Translations under genes and position numbers: made by a program
NCBI GenBank assembly: GCA_963777155.1
Contig: CAVZPM010000037.1
Span: 1-64,000 of the forward strand
Source: Candidatus Bathyarchaeota archaeon
GTDB lineage: Archaea; Thermoproteota; Bathyarchaeia; Bathyarchaeales; Bathycorpusculaceae
DNA: 64,000 nt
Direction of reading: 5' to 3'
Shown: positions 1 through 12,749 of the stretch, one piece after another
How the letters are laid out: the number at the start of each line of letters is the position of its first letter
How positions within the stretch are numbered: position 1 is the first letter of the stretch
The notes under the pieces: model-generated
The model's input: only the letters and a program-made list of their open reading frames with translations
Told to the model about the DNA's origin: nothing
The model's database searches: none

Positions 1-2066
1 CTTGAAATTGTAAAGTTTGGGTGCTTTGTTTATTTTATTTATGGCTTGATTCATGTCGAAGCCTATTGCTTGACCATACCATTCAACAGATTTGAATCGA
101 GGTCTGTTTTCTTCCTTAACAATTTCGAAAGCGTCTTCTCGGGTTAGTTTTCCTTCGCGTATTTGGTGGCTTCTAAAAATATCAAACTCTGTAAACCCAG
201 CCATGGTCAGGTAGATGTAATTGTAGAATGCTGCTGTGCCATCGTCTATGCGCCATGTTGCTATGGTGTCGGTTTCTTTTTCCCAATTAAATTTCTCAGT
301 TATTGTACTTAGAATTGTTTTTTCGTCCCAATCCAAGTAATGGAATAGGTACAGGTAATCATCAGTCAATACATAAGAGGAATAATAGGCGAATAATGTA
401 TCAATTATTGACTTGTTTATGTAAGCAGGATTTTTCACGAATTGCTTTAGGTAATAGTACATTATCTTGAGCTTGTTTGCTCTTGAGATTCCAGTCATTC
501 TCTTCAAAGCGTTTTTGCTGCCTTGGGTTGTAACGTTGCAGAAACCATATTTGAATAAGCCAGTGCCTTCCTCGCCCTCGTAGCCGCCACAGAAAATAAA
601 CAATTTTATGCCTGTTTGTTTGCGGACTTTATGGAAGTAATAGTAGAATTGTTTGTCCCCAGCCATAAGAATAGGAACCATGCCTAAATCAGGTCTTTTC
701 AGCCAAGCCTTAAGGTTCTTGCGAATGTTTGCTCTTTTTTTACGGATGTCAGCGGAAATAACAATGTGTTCAATGCCTAGCTTGCCAACTACTCTTGCTT
801 GGTTTCTACGTGCAAGGTCATTAACCATTCCCCAATCGTAAGTGAAAGTTATAGGATGCAATCCCAGATGATTTTTGATATAATCCAATCCGTATGCGCT
901 GTCTCTTCCACCGCTAAAACCCAAAAGAACATCTATTTCACCATTGGCACTTCGATATTTTGAAACAAACTCTTCGAGCGCTTTTTCACCCTTAAGATAG
1001 CTGCCTCTGGCCTCATAATCTCTGCAAAAGCTACATACGCCTTCTTCGTCAAAGCTTATGTAAGGCATCGTTTCAGGCAAAAGACATCGAGTACACCGCT
1101 TCAGCACTGCGTCACCTGAATAAAGTGTCTCCCAAGTTTCAGTCATGCTTTGCTTAACATCTTCACTTAGAAGATACTGATTTGTGTCTGGAAGCAAGTC
1201 TGCTTGTTGATCATATAATTCAATGATTTGAAGTTTTGACTACTACGAGTTCTGGTGAGCTATTTTCAACTGCATCATCATTCAAAAGAAACATATGCTT
1301 TTTTGACAAGTTAAGATCCACTATGTAACCTTGACCTGCTTTAACCTGAGTTATTGAGCCCCCTACAAACAAATTCTTAAGCAAACCTTGATTGAGAACT
1401 TGTTCAAGGATGTATTTTTCGGAAGCAAAAACCAACATTTTTCCATCTTGACTTGAACTCATATAAAGTGAACCTGTGTTAGTTGCCAAAACAAGAGTAG
1501 TTAGAATCATCAAATTCCACAGCAACAGATGCAGAACCCTCAATATGTTCTAAAAACTGACCTAACTGCTTCCACCATAGATTTTGCCTTGAGCCCTAAA
1601 CATTTGAACAAGACTTAGGAAAACTTCAGTGTCTACATCATATTTCTTCGTTAGAGCTGGGAACGTTTTCCATAATTTTGCGTCATTAACGATTATTCCA
1701 TTATGAATTCCAACGGCGCCATCTTTGACTACTGGTTGATTGTTGGTGTTGATTTCGCTGAGCCCGTTTGTTTGCAGACGAGAATGACCTAAAACAACAA
1801 GTGGAGCCTTAAGTTGATCGCCATCGTATCCCTTGTTCCTTTAGTGTTTGGTTGAAGAGGTGCTTGTACTGTTGAGTTTTAACCAGTTTGGATGAGGTAA
1901 TGGGTTCTTTAAGAACATAGATTGATTTGTCAAATCTTAGCGCTAATCCTGAGGCTTCTTTGCCTCGGGATTCTGAGAGCTTAAACATGCAATTTACGAT
2001 TCGCATGAGCTCCTTGGGTGAGAGCTTTAAGTCCTCACCTATTACTATGCCAAATATTCCGCACAA
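1..2066 (-). CDS. Class II glutamine amidotransferase fused to N-acetyl-sugar amidotransferase (PP-loop ATPase) domain; frameshifted, runs off window
   Basis: N-terminal MCGIFG (Ntn Cys), then GHSRLQTNG/NQP/HNGIIVN motifs (1809..2066 and next frame). Manually translated downstream frame has CxxC..CxxC, FSGGRDS PP-loop and TYDWG. Confidence 0.8.
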
Positions 2067-2105
2067 AACTGTTCGGTTCTCAAATCACTGGTTGGTAAGT
2101 AGCAG

Positions 2106-3108
2106 TTAACTCTTGTATGACGCTTGAATATTTTGCCAGTTTTCAGTAAACCAAGCGTAAACGTTTCTTAGGCCTTCTTTGAAATCCATGTTAGGCGCAT
2201 AGCCAAGAATTTTTTTTGCTTTTTCAATTGAAGCTAAAAGCCTGTTTTTCTTGTCCCAATCTCTTCTTTCCGCATAAACTATTCCAGCTTCATTTCCAGT
2301 TATTTCGTTAATCCATTCTGCAAGGTCACCTATTCGAATTTCTCTGCCAGTTGCAAGGTTAAATGCTTCTCCAATTGCTTCTTTATAGTAAGCCATCGCC
2401 AACAATCCGTTTATGATGTCGCCAACATAGGTGAAGTCTCTTGTTTCATCACCAGTTCCCGTAATTGGCAAGGCTTGCTTGTTCATTGACCAATAGAAGA
2501 AGTTGGGTATGACATTTCGGTATTTTCCTGGAACTTCTCCTGGACCATATGAATTAAAGAATCTTGCATTAACAATTGGAAGATGATAGAGGTTGTAGAT
2601 AGTAATTGGTGTAGAGTTCGCCAAGCATCTTTGTTACTTGGTAGGGTGTGTAGAGCTTCATTGATACGTCGTGTTCTTCAAAGGGCATTTTTGAGTCTGC
2701 ACCATATATTCCGCAGCCAGATGAAGCATAAATGAAACGTTCAACACCAACAAGATGGGCATACTCAAGAACTTTCAAGGTTCCCATTCCATTCACCATC
2801 AAATCTGTTTCTGGGTTATCAACTGAGTTTTGGTTGGCAAAATGTGCTGCAAGATGGTATACTATTTGGGGTTTTTCTTTGAATGCCCATTTCAACTTTT
2901 CATCGTCAAGAATGTTGCCTTTTATGAAGGCAACTTTTGGGTTTGTGGGTATATTCCACTCATAAGATGAAGAGAGGTCATCTATGATTATGATTTTCTT
3001 TGTTTCCAAATTGCTAAGCGTTTTTACTAAGTTTGAGCCTATTGCGCCTGCTCCACCAGTTACTAGCACAGTTTTTCCGTTGAATGCTTCAAGAACTTTT
3101 TTGTTCAA
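2106..3108 (-). CDS. NAD-dependent epimerase/dehydratase (extended SDR), frameshift ~2590
   Basis: VLVTGGAGAIG, YxxxK (PYQVTK), RFFNSYGP, TRDFTYV across ORFs 2569..3108 and 2106..2624. Confidence 0.9.
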
Positions 3109-3123
3109 TCCAAATTCACCTCA

Positions 3124-4051
3124 TTAAGCACTTTGTTTACCATAGAGTTTCTTGAACCATTCAACAGTTCTTCGCATGCCTTCTTCTGGAGCAATTGTTA
3201 ACTTGAAATCCAAATCTTTTCTTGCCTTTGATGCATCTGGAGTCTTTATTTTAGTTGTGAAAGGTTCAGCTTCTTTGTAGGTAACTTTTGAGTCATCTTT
3301 GTTTAGGTTCTTTAGTATTAAATCGGAAACATACTTGATGTCATATTGAGTTTCTCCGCCAAAGTTGTAGATTTCTCCTGGCTTGAAATTATCAATTATG
3401 TTAGCAAATGCTCTGCAGAGATCCTCAACATATTCAAGCGTGCGTTTATGACCCAAGATAAACAGTGTAAGGTTCATCATGCATTGCTTTGTAGATGAAT
3501 TTAGGTATCCAACCACGATAAGGCGTGTAATGTTCACCAACACCATAAACATTGAACAAACGCATTCTAACTGTTTCAGTTCCAAACATGGCTGCTGAAT
3601 TTAGTATCTGCATTTCGTTAACCCATTTGGAAATGGCGTAATCGTTCATCTGCTTAATCGGAATCTTATCCATGACATCTTCGCGCATTACTCCATCATA
3701 ATCGCCGTAGACTTCAGCGCTACCAAAGAAAATCATTCGGAACTTCTTTTTCTCCTGCACTCTAAGAATGTTTTTGGTGCCTATAGCGTTTGTTGCCCAG
3801 AGGTTTTCGTAGTAGTCTTCGCCGTTCCATCTGCCATACTCTGCTGCAGCATGATAAACATAATCGAAATCATGCTCTGCAAACAATCGCTCAACTTGAC
3901 TGAATTTGCTAACGTCACAGCGAACATAATTTGGTTGCCAAGAATGCATCAAATCGCAAGCCCAAGTTTCATATCCACGACTTTTTAGTTCTCGAACTAG
4001 ATTTGAGCCTATAAAGCCCAAACCACCAGTAACCAACACTTTCTTATTCAT
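3124..4051 (-). CDS. NAD-dependent epimerase/dehydratase, frameshift ~3450
   Basis: MNKKVLVTGGLGFIG start at 4051, YAISK, RLFNVYG; C-terminal half in 3124..3585. Confidence 0.9.
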
Positions 4052-5043
4052 TTTACTAACCTCATTCGCTTCATCATTTCTGTAGTTTTGTTGACTAATC
4101 GTGTTATTGCATAGAGTGTTATAGCTGTGGAAATCAAGAAGAACCCAATCAGAATAAACGCAATAGATGCTAAAGCAATGTTTGTTACTATTGCATGCGT
4201 TTGAGCATACAATGTCATCATCCAAACTCCAAAGAACACACCTGCAATTAAAGATAATATTCCAGGAATTCCAAGAAATGGAAGAGGTCTATCTTCAACA
4301 ACAAGTTTAACAATTGACATAATAAGACCCAATTCCATGGGTAACCGGATTTTCAGTTGAAGTCTTCTACTCCAACACTGTTCGCAATATTTGCAGGAGA
4401 TGGGAACTTCACAGACTTTTAAGCCACTTTTGCTTATAGCTCGTAAGAAGTTCAATGCTGGCGCTCATTCCATTCTCCTGATACTGATCAATTGCTCTAA
4501 GGCTGTTTGCTGTAGGCTCTAAAGCCGCTTTGGGAATCGCTTACACCATTTTTGCCTGAGCCGTTAGCTAATTTTGTTATGACTTTTACGCCAAATTGTC
4601 TATATGCAGGCATTTCGGCTGTTCCGTTTTTGATCCATGAATCGGCTGCCTAAAACTACCTCTGCAACGCCTTCTTCAATTGGCTTCACTAACCGTGGAA
4701 TCTGCTCTGGATCATGTTGCCCATCAGAATCCAAAGTAACCAATACATCAGCATTCAACTCACGTGCTCTCTTAAACAAGCTCTGCAGGGCTGCTCCATA
4801 ACCAAGATTTTTTTCATGACAAACAACCACAGCACCAAGGCGCTCAGCAATTTCAGCCGTCAAATCCTGTGAACCATCATCACAAACAACCACAATGTGA
4901 GAGTATTTCTGAGCTCCAAGTACTACTCGTGCAATTGTTTTTTCTTCATTAAAAGCGGGGATACCAACTACAATTAAGGGCTCATGCAAATTGGCAACCA
5001 TTGAATCAGTTAGAGCTGCGTTTGGGTCGCTAGTTAAAACCAA
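4048..5043 (-). CDS. GT2 glycosyltransferase with C-terminal TM helices, frameshifted
   Basis: IPAFNEE, DDGSQD, NLGYG, TLDSDGQH, DSQSGFRA, EVPI...Y, two TM helices. Confidence 0.88.
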
Positions 5044-5046
5044 GTG

Positions 5047-5441
5047 TTAAGCCTCCAATCAAATGTTGTTTTAGTAAAGTTTGTTACCAAAAACCTCGCA
5101 AAGGCACGATCATCAGCCCAAGTTTGGCTAAATGATTTCCCCAACTAACAGCTATGTCACTGATTTTTCGGGCTAAAGGCAATCCAACAGTCCTCACCAA
5201 CTTGTCAGTCAAAGTTCTCCATTGTCTGCTGCAGTTTTTCTATTATGGCCGTCAATACTTTGGCCAGCTTTGTGCTCTTTATGTTGTCTACGTATTTTAC
5301 GGTGAGGTCTATTATGCCGCGTTCAACGCGATTTAGGGCTTTAAACCAGACGCCGCGTCTTAACGCATGTTTTTTGGTTTCGTTTAGTTTTCCAATTGAC
5401 AAAGCACTCAACATGTCTTTGATTGCCTTGCCCTGTCTCAT
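5047..5441 (-). CDS. Small basic hypothetical protein heading the glycan operon (frameshifted)
   Basis: ORF 5205..5441 (RRGVWFKALNRVERGIIDLT) continues in another frame as LVRTVGLPLARKISDIAVSWGN...DDRAFARFL. Confidence 0.6.
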
Positions 5442-5591
5442 GAATTACATCTTTCGACTCGGTATGTATAAAACCTTTGTGTTTTCAAAAAATCACAAAT
5501 TATTTTGAGGTTAATTTTCTTGAAAAGATTTTTTTGTTCTGATACAAAAAAATAGAAAAAATTGATTTCTTTAAAGTTTAGCATAATTGTA

Positions 5592-6215
5592 TTATCTTTC
5601 AACATGGGTGCGTAGACGAGTAAAGGCAAAGACAACTAATATCACAATTACAATTATTGCAACTGCAAGTATTGCCCACGATGTTGCTGAAAACCCTGCA
5701 CCTTCAGCTGCTGTAGTGCCACCGATTGCAAACAAAGGATCATCAATGCTTATAACTGTAACTGTTATGGTCTTGGCGTTAGTGTCTACTGTAGAAGGCA
5801 GAGCAGAATAGCTATTGGTGTCTGCATTGTACTTGTAGATTGTATAAGGCGCTGAGATGCCGTGGACGTCAGAATCGCTGTAGCTTATGACAATTGTTGC
5901 GCTACCGAAGTCATTTGCATTCATGTCAAAAGTGATAACGACAAAATGAGCTAGCGAAATCCCATCTGGAATAGTTGCTGTTGGCTGAGGATTACTAGTA
6001 TAGATGCCTGCAGTCACAGATCCGGTCGCGCCTGGTGTTCCCTGAATTTGATATGAAACCCCAACATCAGGTTCAACGGCAACAAATGTTCCGCTAGAAG
6101 AAATAGCTATGTCGGTTGTTTTTTCAGTTGTATACTGTGCTGCAGCGACAGCCACTGAGTATGAAAGCAATAATACAAAAATAAGCGTAAGTACCCCTAA
6201 CTTCGATTTATTCAT
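5592..6215 (-). CDS. Secreted, C-terminally anchored surface protein (PGF-pre-PGF/S-layer-like beta domain)
   Basis: Signal peptide, IYKYNADTNSYSALPSTVDTNAKTITV motif, C-terminal TM followed by basic residues. Confidence 0.7.
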   Translation of the reverse strand: MNKSKLGVLTLIFVLLLSYSVAVAAAQYTTEKTTDIAISSSGTFVAVEPDVGVSYQIQGTPGATGSVTAGIYTSNPQPTATIPDGISLAHFVVITFDMNANDFGSATIVISYSDSDVHGISAPYTIYKYNADTNSYSALPSTVDTNAKTITVTVISIDDPLFAIGGTTAAEGAGFSATSWAILAVAIIVIVILVVFAFTRLRTHVER

Positions 6216-6326
6216 ACACGTTTCCCTTTAATCTTCACTATATCTTACGATTCCTTAAAAAGCTTTGCTAACTCCAACTAAGCGACATATCAGTGTACAA
6301 CAATAAAACGTGACACAATGAATCAA

Positions 6327-8259
6327 TCACCAAATATTAATATTAAAAAGATAGCGCAAACCATTATTCAAAAGCACCAAAAAGACAAAAGCCAAAACCA
6401 CAAAACACACAAACAAACGCCACCTGCCACCAAAACGATTGGATGCAAACCTCAAAACAGAAAATAAACCCAAACTTGACAAAACCACCCAAGGCATCAA
6501 AAACAGGAACCTATCAAAAACAAAATCCTGAGCAGCAAACAAAATAGACACAGAAGCCACAAAGATCCAAGAGACAAAGAAAGTTGATACCTCCGACCTA
6601 AGCCTAACCAAAACCAAAAAACCAACAATAGAGAGAGCCACAAGAAGCCCATTAGCAAAGACTCCGCCTAAGGCAAAATCAACGGTTTTCTGCATTCCAG
6701 ACAGAAGAAAAGCAACATTTGGAAAACCCAAGCCTGAATGCGCAGCTGCCAAAACAGAACCAGACGATGACACCGAAGACAACATGCTTCTAGCTAGATC
6801 AACCAGCAAACCAACACCAACAGTTGCACCAACCAAGATGCCCTTTTCTTTAAACCGACGCCACAAACCCTTATCGCGAGCAGCTAGCCGCCATTCCACA
6901 AACAGATACACCAAAAGCGAGAGGGCAAAAACAAACCAAGTCCAAGAATGAGACAACAACACAAGCACAGAGGTACCAAGCAAAGCAAAAAAACTCAAGC
7001 TGGACCAAGACCCAAGAACTCTAAAAAACAGAACCAAATAGACAAAAACCAAAATCAAAGCCAACATGTTAGCAAAATAGCCAGCATAAATCAGACCTAA
7101 AGCCTGAAAAGAAAAAGGCACAAGCAAAACGGCAAGCACCCAAACTTCCCGCAAACTGCAAAGCAGCCGTAAAGCCAACAAAGAAACAACACCAAACAAC
7201 GACAATCAGCAAAGCAGCGACAAATTGAATAACAATTAAGGGTGAAGCGACAAAAGACAAAGCATATGCCAAAATCAAGAACAATGCTCGATCATTAGCA
7301 AATGCAAAAGATAAAGCTCCATTGACATCAACGCTGTGCATGTAGGCAATCCATTGATAATAACCAGGGGAATCAACGCTTACCAGCATATTGGTGGGAT
7401 TAGCCCAGGGCAAAACAGTAAAGAGCACAAACAAACAAGAAACCACCGCCCCGACCAAAATAGCGCCAATTAAAACAAGACGTCCCCGCAAAAACTCAAA
7501 TCCAACATCGCTATTCAACTCAAAGATATTCTTAAGGGAAGCAAAAAAAGATGAAAACCGCTTCCACCCAACTTTAGATGCCCATCCATTGGGCGCTACC
7601 TTAACAGCAAAACAGACAATCCCCAACAAAACAAACAACAAATATGCATAAGGCAAAAACGGATAGGCCAAATTCGAAAAAACCAACTCAACATTGTTCC
7701 AATGCGAAGCAACATTCCACAACTGAGGATTCAAATTCAAAACTGCCGGAACATTAAACAAAACCAAAGCAGCCAACTCAACAAACAAAGCAACAAAAAG
7801 GACACAAACAAACAGACTCTTCAAGAGGTAAATGCGAGAAACACCAAACAGACTAAGAGACCATCCAAAACACAAGGCGGCAGCCAGCACAGAAACCAAG
7901 ACTAAAGCAAATACATCAACGAGACCAAAAATAACCAAACCTGTTAAACCAATCAAACCACACAAGACAAGACCCACAGAAACACGGTGGACTCTATCAA
8001 GCTTACTAGAACCTAAACCATAAAAAAGCCCAGCTAAAGCAACAAAGATTCCGCCGCACCAAACAAAACGATCTAAACTCTCCGAAAATAGACTAGTAAC
8101 AGCATTATGCTCAACCATGCCTCTGTTAGTTAGAACATAGAAAGACAAGCCAAAATAACCCGCTAAACTCAGCAACGAATAGATCAAGCATAAAGCAAGC
8201 GAAAACTCAACTGCCAAAACCAACAGCTTATGCTTTTCCAAACGTTCTGACAGCGACAT
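6327..8259 (-). CDS. Large polytopic membrane protein, possibly GT-C-fold glycosyltransferase; frameshift ~7200
   Basis: Two overlapping hydrophobic ORFs (7069..8259, 6327..7205); loop VSVDSPGYY, DRFL motif; next to glycan genes. Confidence 0.6.
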
Positions 8260-8296
8260 ATCACTTACCCAACGAACTAATCCATTATTTATTCAT
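8233..8296. repeat. Direct repeat copy 1 (5' end and promoter of the 8259 gene); copy 2 at 11633-11699
   Basis: cttttccaaacgttctgacagcgacatatcacttacccaacgaactaa vs cttttcaaaacgctctgacagcaacattatcacttacccaacgaactta. Confidence 0.8.
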
Positions 8297-8568
8297 TAAT
8301 ATACCATGACTAGGCGCGCGCTTACGATTAAAGCCTAAACATCAATCACAGATACACCAGCCTTCAATAGCCCCAAATTCGCCAACACTACAGAAAACTC
8401 AACCGCGCGCGTTAATCCTCGAATTAAAGGAAAATAGGAAGAGTAAAAATGCAAAAACTCTTTGATTTGTAGCTTCAAGTTAATTTATCCAGAGCCTACT
8501 CAACCCCATTTTAATCCACTTTTAAATCAAAAAAAGGGAAGGGAGATAGGTTTTATTTGTTTTAACTG

Positions 8569-11374
8569 TTATGGTTTTTTCCTTAGGATTAGCAATGTTA
8601 CTGCAAAGCAGACAACGATAACTAGTATTATGGCGACGATTCCTGGTAGAATGTATTGATCGGCAATTGATTGAGTTGGTGTTGCAGTGGGTGTTGCGGT
8701 TGGGTGTGCTGGTTCTGCTGTGAATGTTGTTTCAGATGATGATGGCCAGTATCCGTTGGTGCCTGCGAATGTTGCGATGACTTTGAAGTCGCCTGGAATA
8801 TCAGGGATCCAGGTAAGGCTGTAGAGTCCTTTTGCATCGGTTGTTGCTGTGCCTATTGAGCGGAAGTTGCCGTTTGAGTCTAAGACGTTGATTGTAACGT
8901 CGACGCCTGTGAAGTTAGAAGGTAAGGGTTTTTGTTGGTAAACGTAGCCCATCCAATCTTTCATGCTGGCGTCAGATGCGACAGGAACTCCGTCTGGGAA
9001 GCGTGCGGCTTGTTCTGATTGCTGTGTGCCGGTTGCAGTATCTGTCACTGTACCTCTAATGACTATCGATGACCCAAAAGCTTGAGCTTCAACGTCCATG
9101 GCGCTGGGTCCTCTACCGATACTGTAGATATTGTTGTCTAGACCGTTCATGAATACACAGAAGCCGTCTGCGGTTGCCCATTGGTTAGCAGCGCTGAAAC
9201 CCCAAGTGCTTGGATATTCTGATAGTTGCCATATTTCTTCTCCGGTGGTAGCGTTAAGTGCGCGTGCTGTGCAGCCTTTGTAGAATGGGTTGGGCATTGT
9301 GTGTTCATCCGTGGCTGTGTAGACTACGCCGTTGGCTATGGATTGTATCATGGTTGGGTAGACTCCGTAGAAGACCTGTAAGCCGCCGTTGGTGCTGTTG
9401 CCTTCGCCGCCGTTGCCGTGTGTCCATAATAGTTCGCCAGTTAAATCATCATAGCAGTAGGTGATTCCTCCGAAGCCAGCATTATAGAAGTTGCCATATG
9501 CTGTTGTGCCTAAAACTGGCTGTCCAGGGTCGAAGTAGTAGTTCCAAACCGATTGGGGTTCGGTTGTCCAAAGAAGGCTGCCGTCCTTCATGCTGTATCC
9601 TTGCCAATTCAGTGTTTCCATTAGTTGTATAATGTAGACATGAGTGTCAAAGTCTACTGCACTCTGTAGCATAGTTACGTTGCCTGGTATCGGATTGTAT
9701 GTTTTGGTCCACAGTATGGAGCCAACTTGTCCTTTGGATGCGTTGAGGTTAACTGCGAAGTAGGTATATGGACTCTGATCTGCGCCGTTCTTGTTTGCTG
9801 CAAAACCTGATGGGTAGGTTGCCGCTTCTAAGGAGCATCATGTCTCCATAGTTTGCTGCTTGTACCGAGGGCGCTGGGGTCATGGTGTTCCGCCAGGGTA
9901 TCGATACGTTCCAGTCATAGGTTGTTAGGCCGTGACTTGGTGCGTTGGGGTTCACAGTGGTTGAGTTTATGGGGATGTCTGCGTTGACTATGATTGTGTC
10001 TGCGTAACTAGTGCTTGTTTGGGGCTGCGGATTGGTTCCTACAAGGGCGTTATTGGTTGAATTCACAAGTGTTGGTGAAAGACTACCTCCACCGGTGAAT
10101 GGATTAATGTCGTACTGCCATAGTTTGGATGAGTTCCACTGTTGAAGATACCATGCTGGGTTTGCGGTTGTGCCCTCATTCTTTATTACGTACCTTACTA
10201 TTTCACCGCTTGGACCCATAACTGCTGTGCCTGATGGGACATTTGTTACGTTGAACATTTGTTCTCCTGTGTATGCATCAAAAGCCCGGGCAAAGTTGGT
10301 TGTAAACAGTATGGGTGAGAAAGTTCCATGTTGCTCTTGATCCCAAAGATTGTATATGTAGCCAAACGAGAGTGCTGGTACATCGTTGCGGGACCAAAGC
10401 ACACGTCCTGTGCGAAGATCTAAAGCGGTAGTTGGTCCACTGGCAGTCCCTGTGATTGCTATTGGCTGCTTGTAGATGAGAATGCCGCCGACTATTATCG
10501 GATTGACGAATCTTGGCAGGTATGCGGTTCCCTCGAAAAATTGGACTCCCTGAACAGCGCCATTTGGATTGTTGCCGCCTTCAACAAACTGGTTTCCGCC
10601 GACAACTCCTCCTAACTGCAATAGTCGTGTCCACATAACGTGGGGAGTTAAAGGTCCAACTGCATCGTTGTGGTAAATTGTTTGGTCTGTGGTGCTTGCA
10701 GCGCCTCCTGAAACTGGAGAACCGGTACCCAGCCAGTTTGATGAGATTTTCCACCAGTCAGTGTTTTCACCGTAGATTGGGTGTGTCCAATACTCCTGTG
10801 GAAGCGGATAGCTAGTTATGGGTGAGGGTATAGAGTCTTGTTGTACGGTTAACGTTGTAGATGCAGAGCTTGCCAAATATTTATCGCCCATCAAGCTTGA
10901 TCTTTCATAGCCGTTTCCGTTCTCACCGTAGATTTGTCCGGGGAAACTGAATTTCAAAGTGTAGGTTCCAACTTGGTCTGGAGTGAATTTGGTGTATTGG
11001 TTTGAGGTTGTATCTGAGATGACTGCGAAGATTTGTGTGGTTGTTGTGCCATCAGGGGCTGTTATTGTCAGATTATAATTGCGGAAGCGGTAATTATTGG
11101 ACAGCAATGCTGCGCTGGCAGTCGAACCGTTGGTTCCAACCGCTGCGGAGGTGCCTCCAGCTGCTCCGTAGACGGGGTCAAGCCACATGTAGACATGGGC
11201 TTCTTGACCGGCACCTATTGGATCAGGTGCTGCTACAACGTAGGCATAAGTTGGGATTTCCCATGGTGGTGAATGTGCACTTGCAAGTAGAGTTAGATCC
11301 ACTGAAGCTGTCATGGATATTGTTAGAATTGCTGCGATCAATATAGTCAGAGTCTTATTTTTTATTTTCTGCAT
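8569..11374 (-). CDS. PQQ-like beta-propeller surface protein, paralogue 1 (frameshift ~9750-9810)
   Basis: Signal peptide, AH.P.W.IPTY, SNWLG, PHVMW, xxTGxxxW repeats, FPDGVP..SD.SM, Ig-like domain, PT linker, TM+RKKP. Confidence 0.85.
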
Positions 11375-11632
11375 TTCTGTTTTTCTCCACTATATTATTA
11401 TTGAACAGTAACAATCTTTCCTAAAAATCTGTAACTGCTCAACGTTTCTAGTTCTGTTGTTATTAGCTTATAATCCTTTTGCGAATTGACAATTGATGAT
11501 GAACTATCTCTATCCATTTTTCAGGTATTTCAACGATTTTTAAACATTCATCAAGTGGCTAAGGTGTGGTTTCAAGCGTTAGCCCTTCTGACATTAAAAA
11601 AGCTGCTGAGTCAGATTCCGCAGGCGCTTCTA

Positions 11633-11699
11633 CTTTTCAAAACGCTCTGACAGCAACATTATCACTTACCCAACGAACTTAATACAAGAATTTATTCAT
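11633..11699. repeat. Direct repeat copy 2; encodes truncated MLLSERFEK* remnant
   Basis: Matches 8233-8296. Confidence 0.75.
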
Positions 11700-11864
11700 G
11701 AGTATCATAGACAATTCAACTCAGTCAAATTATCGGGATAGCGAATAATTGTTGTCCTGCAATTTTCCCTGGGTTTGGAATTAAATTTTAACCTTTCGTT
11801 CTCTAGTGTGTGAACGAATAGAACGACGTGTGCGTTCCAGCTCACTAAATAGCCACTGAGCTCA

Positions 11865-12128
11865 TTAACTGTAAGCTTTTTCCCTAGTGCCCACATAATG
11901 AATCAATATCGTCTTTTGCGTCCACAAAACATCATACACTATTCTAATCGAGCCAACCCTGATCCTGTAAGTGTTATCATAGCCCTTTAGCTTGCAGATA
12001 TCTGTCTTTTTAAATGGAAGAGGATCAGTTTTCAGAAGCAAAATGGTTTCTTTTAGATTCCGTTTCTGTTCCAAATCTATTTTGGCTAGGTTTTTGAGTG
12101 CTTTTCTTTTGATTTTAACGTTAAACAT
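11865..12128 (-). CDS. relE: RelE/ParE family toxin
   Basis: KLKGYDNTYRIRVGSIRIVY...VGTREKAY. Confidence 0.85.
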   Translation of the reverse strand: MFNVKIKRKALKNLAKIDLEQKRNLKETILLLKTDPLPFKKTDICKLKGYDNTYRIRVGSIRIVYDVLWTQKTILIHYVGTREKAYS

Positions 12129-12133
12129 TCATT

Positions 12134-12316
12134 TCAGCCTAAGGTTTGCATTAGCTCTTTCTCGTCTGCTACTTCGTCTTTTTCTTCTATAGCTCTCTTT
12201 TCTTTTTGGGTTGCTTTCTCAACAGGAATAAGTTTGTCTACCAATTCTTTGTAGAGAAGCTTGATTTCCTGCAGTTCTTCTCGAATTTCCTCCAAAACCT
12301 TAGTGCTCAACCACAT
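12134..12316 (-). CDS. Putative antitoxin
   Basis: Small acidic ORF immediately upstream of RelE; EKATQKEKRAIEE motif. Confidence 0.7.
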   Translation of the reverse strand: MWLSTKVLEEIREELQEIKLLYKELVDKLIPVEKATQKEKRAIEEKDEVADEKELMQTLG

Positions 12317-12482
12317 AGCCTCATTGATAGTTATGCAAATTCGAATTTATGTATATTGATAATTTTGCAGTTCCTGAAGCGGTAGAACCGGAATTGATTG
12401 GCACAATACTGTGTTTGCGTTTTTTTGTGGTAAACCAGCAAACCAACGGTTGTCAACATTCGAACACACTTCAAGCATCTAA

Positions 12483-12749
12483 TCATCTGTTGGGTGTTCT
12501 GGTTTCTGCTACTTCTTTTTGGATTTCACTTTCAGAAAGTTTCAGGTTTTTCTTGTCCATGACCTTGAAGATTTCGTTCCATTCTTTCTTCATGTCAGGG
12601 AGCTCGAGCTTTTTCATTATGATAGTGTCGCCTTTGCCGATAACCAGAAACTTGGTTTTGGGCTTTATTCCAAGCTCTTTTCTTATTGATTGTGGGATTA
12701 CTATTTGCCCTTTTTCGCTGATCGTGGTGACTTGAGGTTCTTCTGACAT
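12483..12749 (-). CDS. AbrB/MazE/SpoVT family DNA-binding protein
   Basis: TISEKGQIVIPQSIRKELGIKP. Confidence 0.9.
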   Translation of the reverse strand: MSEEPQVTTISEKGQIVIPQSIRKELGIKPKTKFLVIGKGDTIIMKKLELPDMKKEWNEIFKVMDKKNLKLSESEIQKEVAETRTPNR

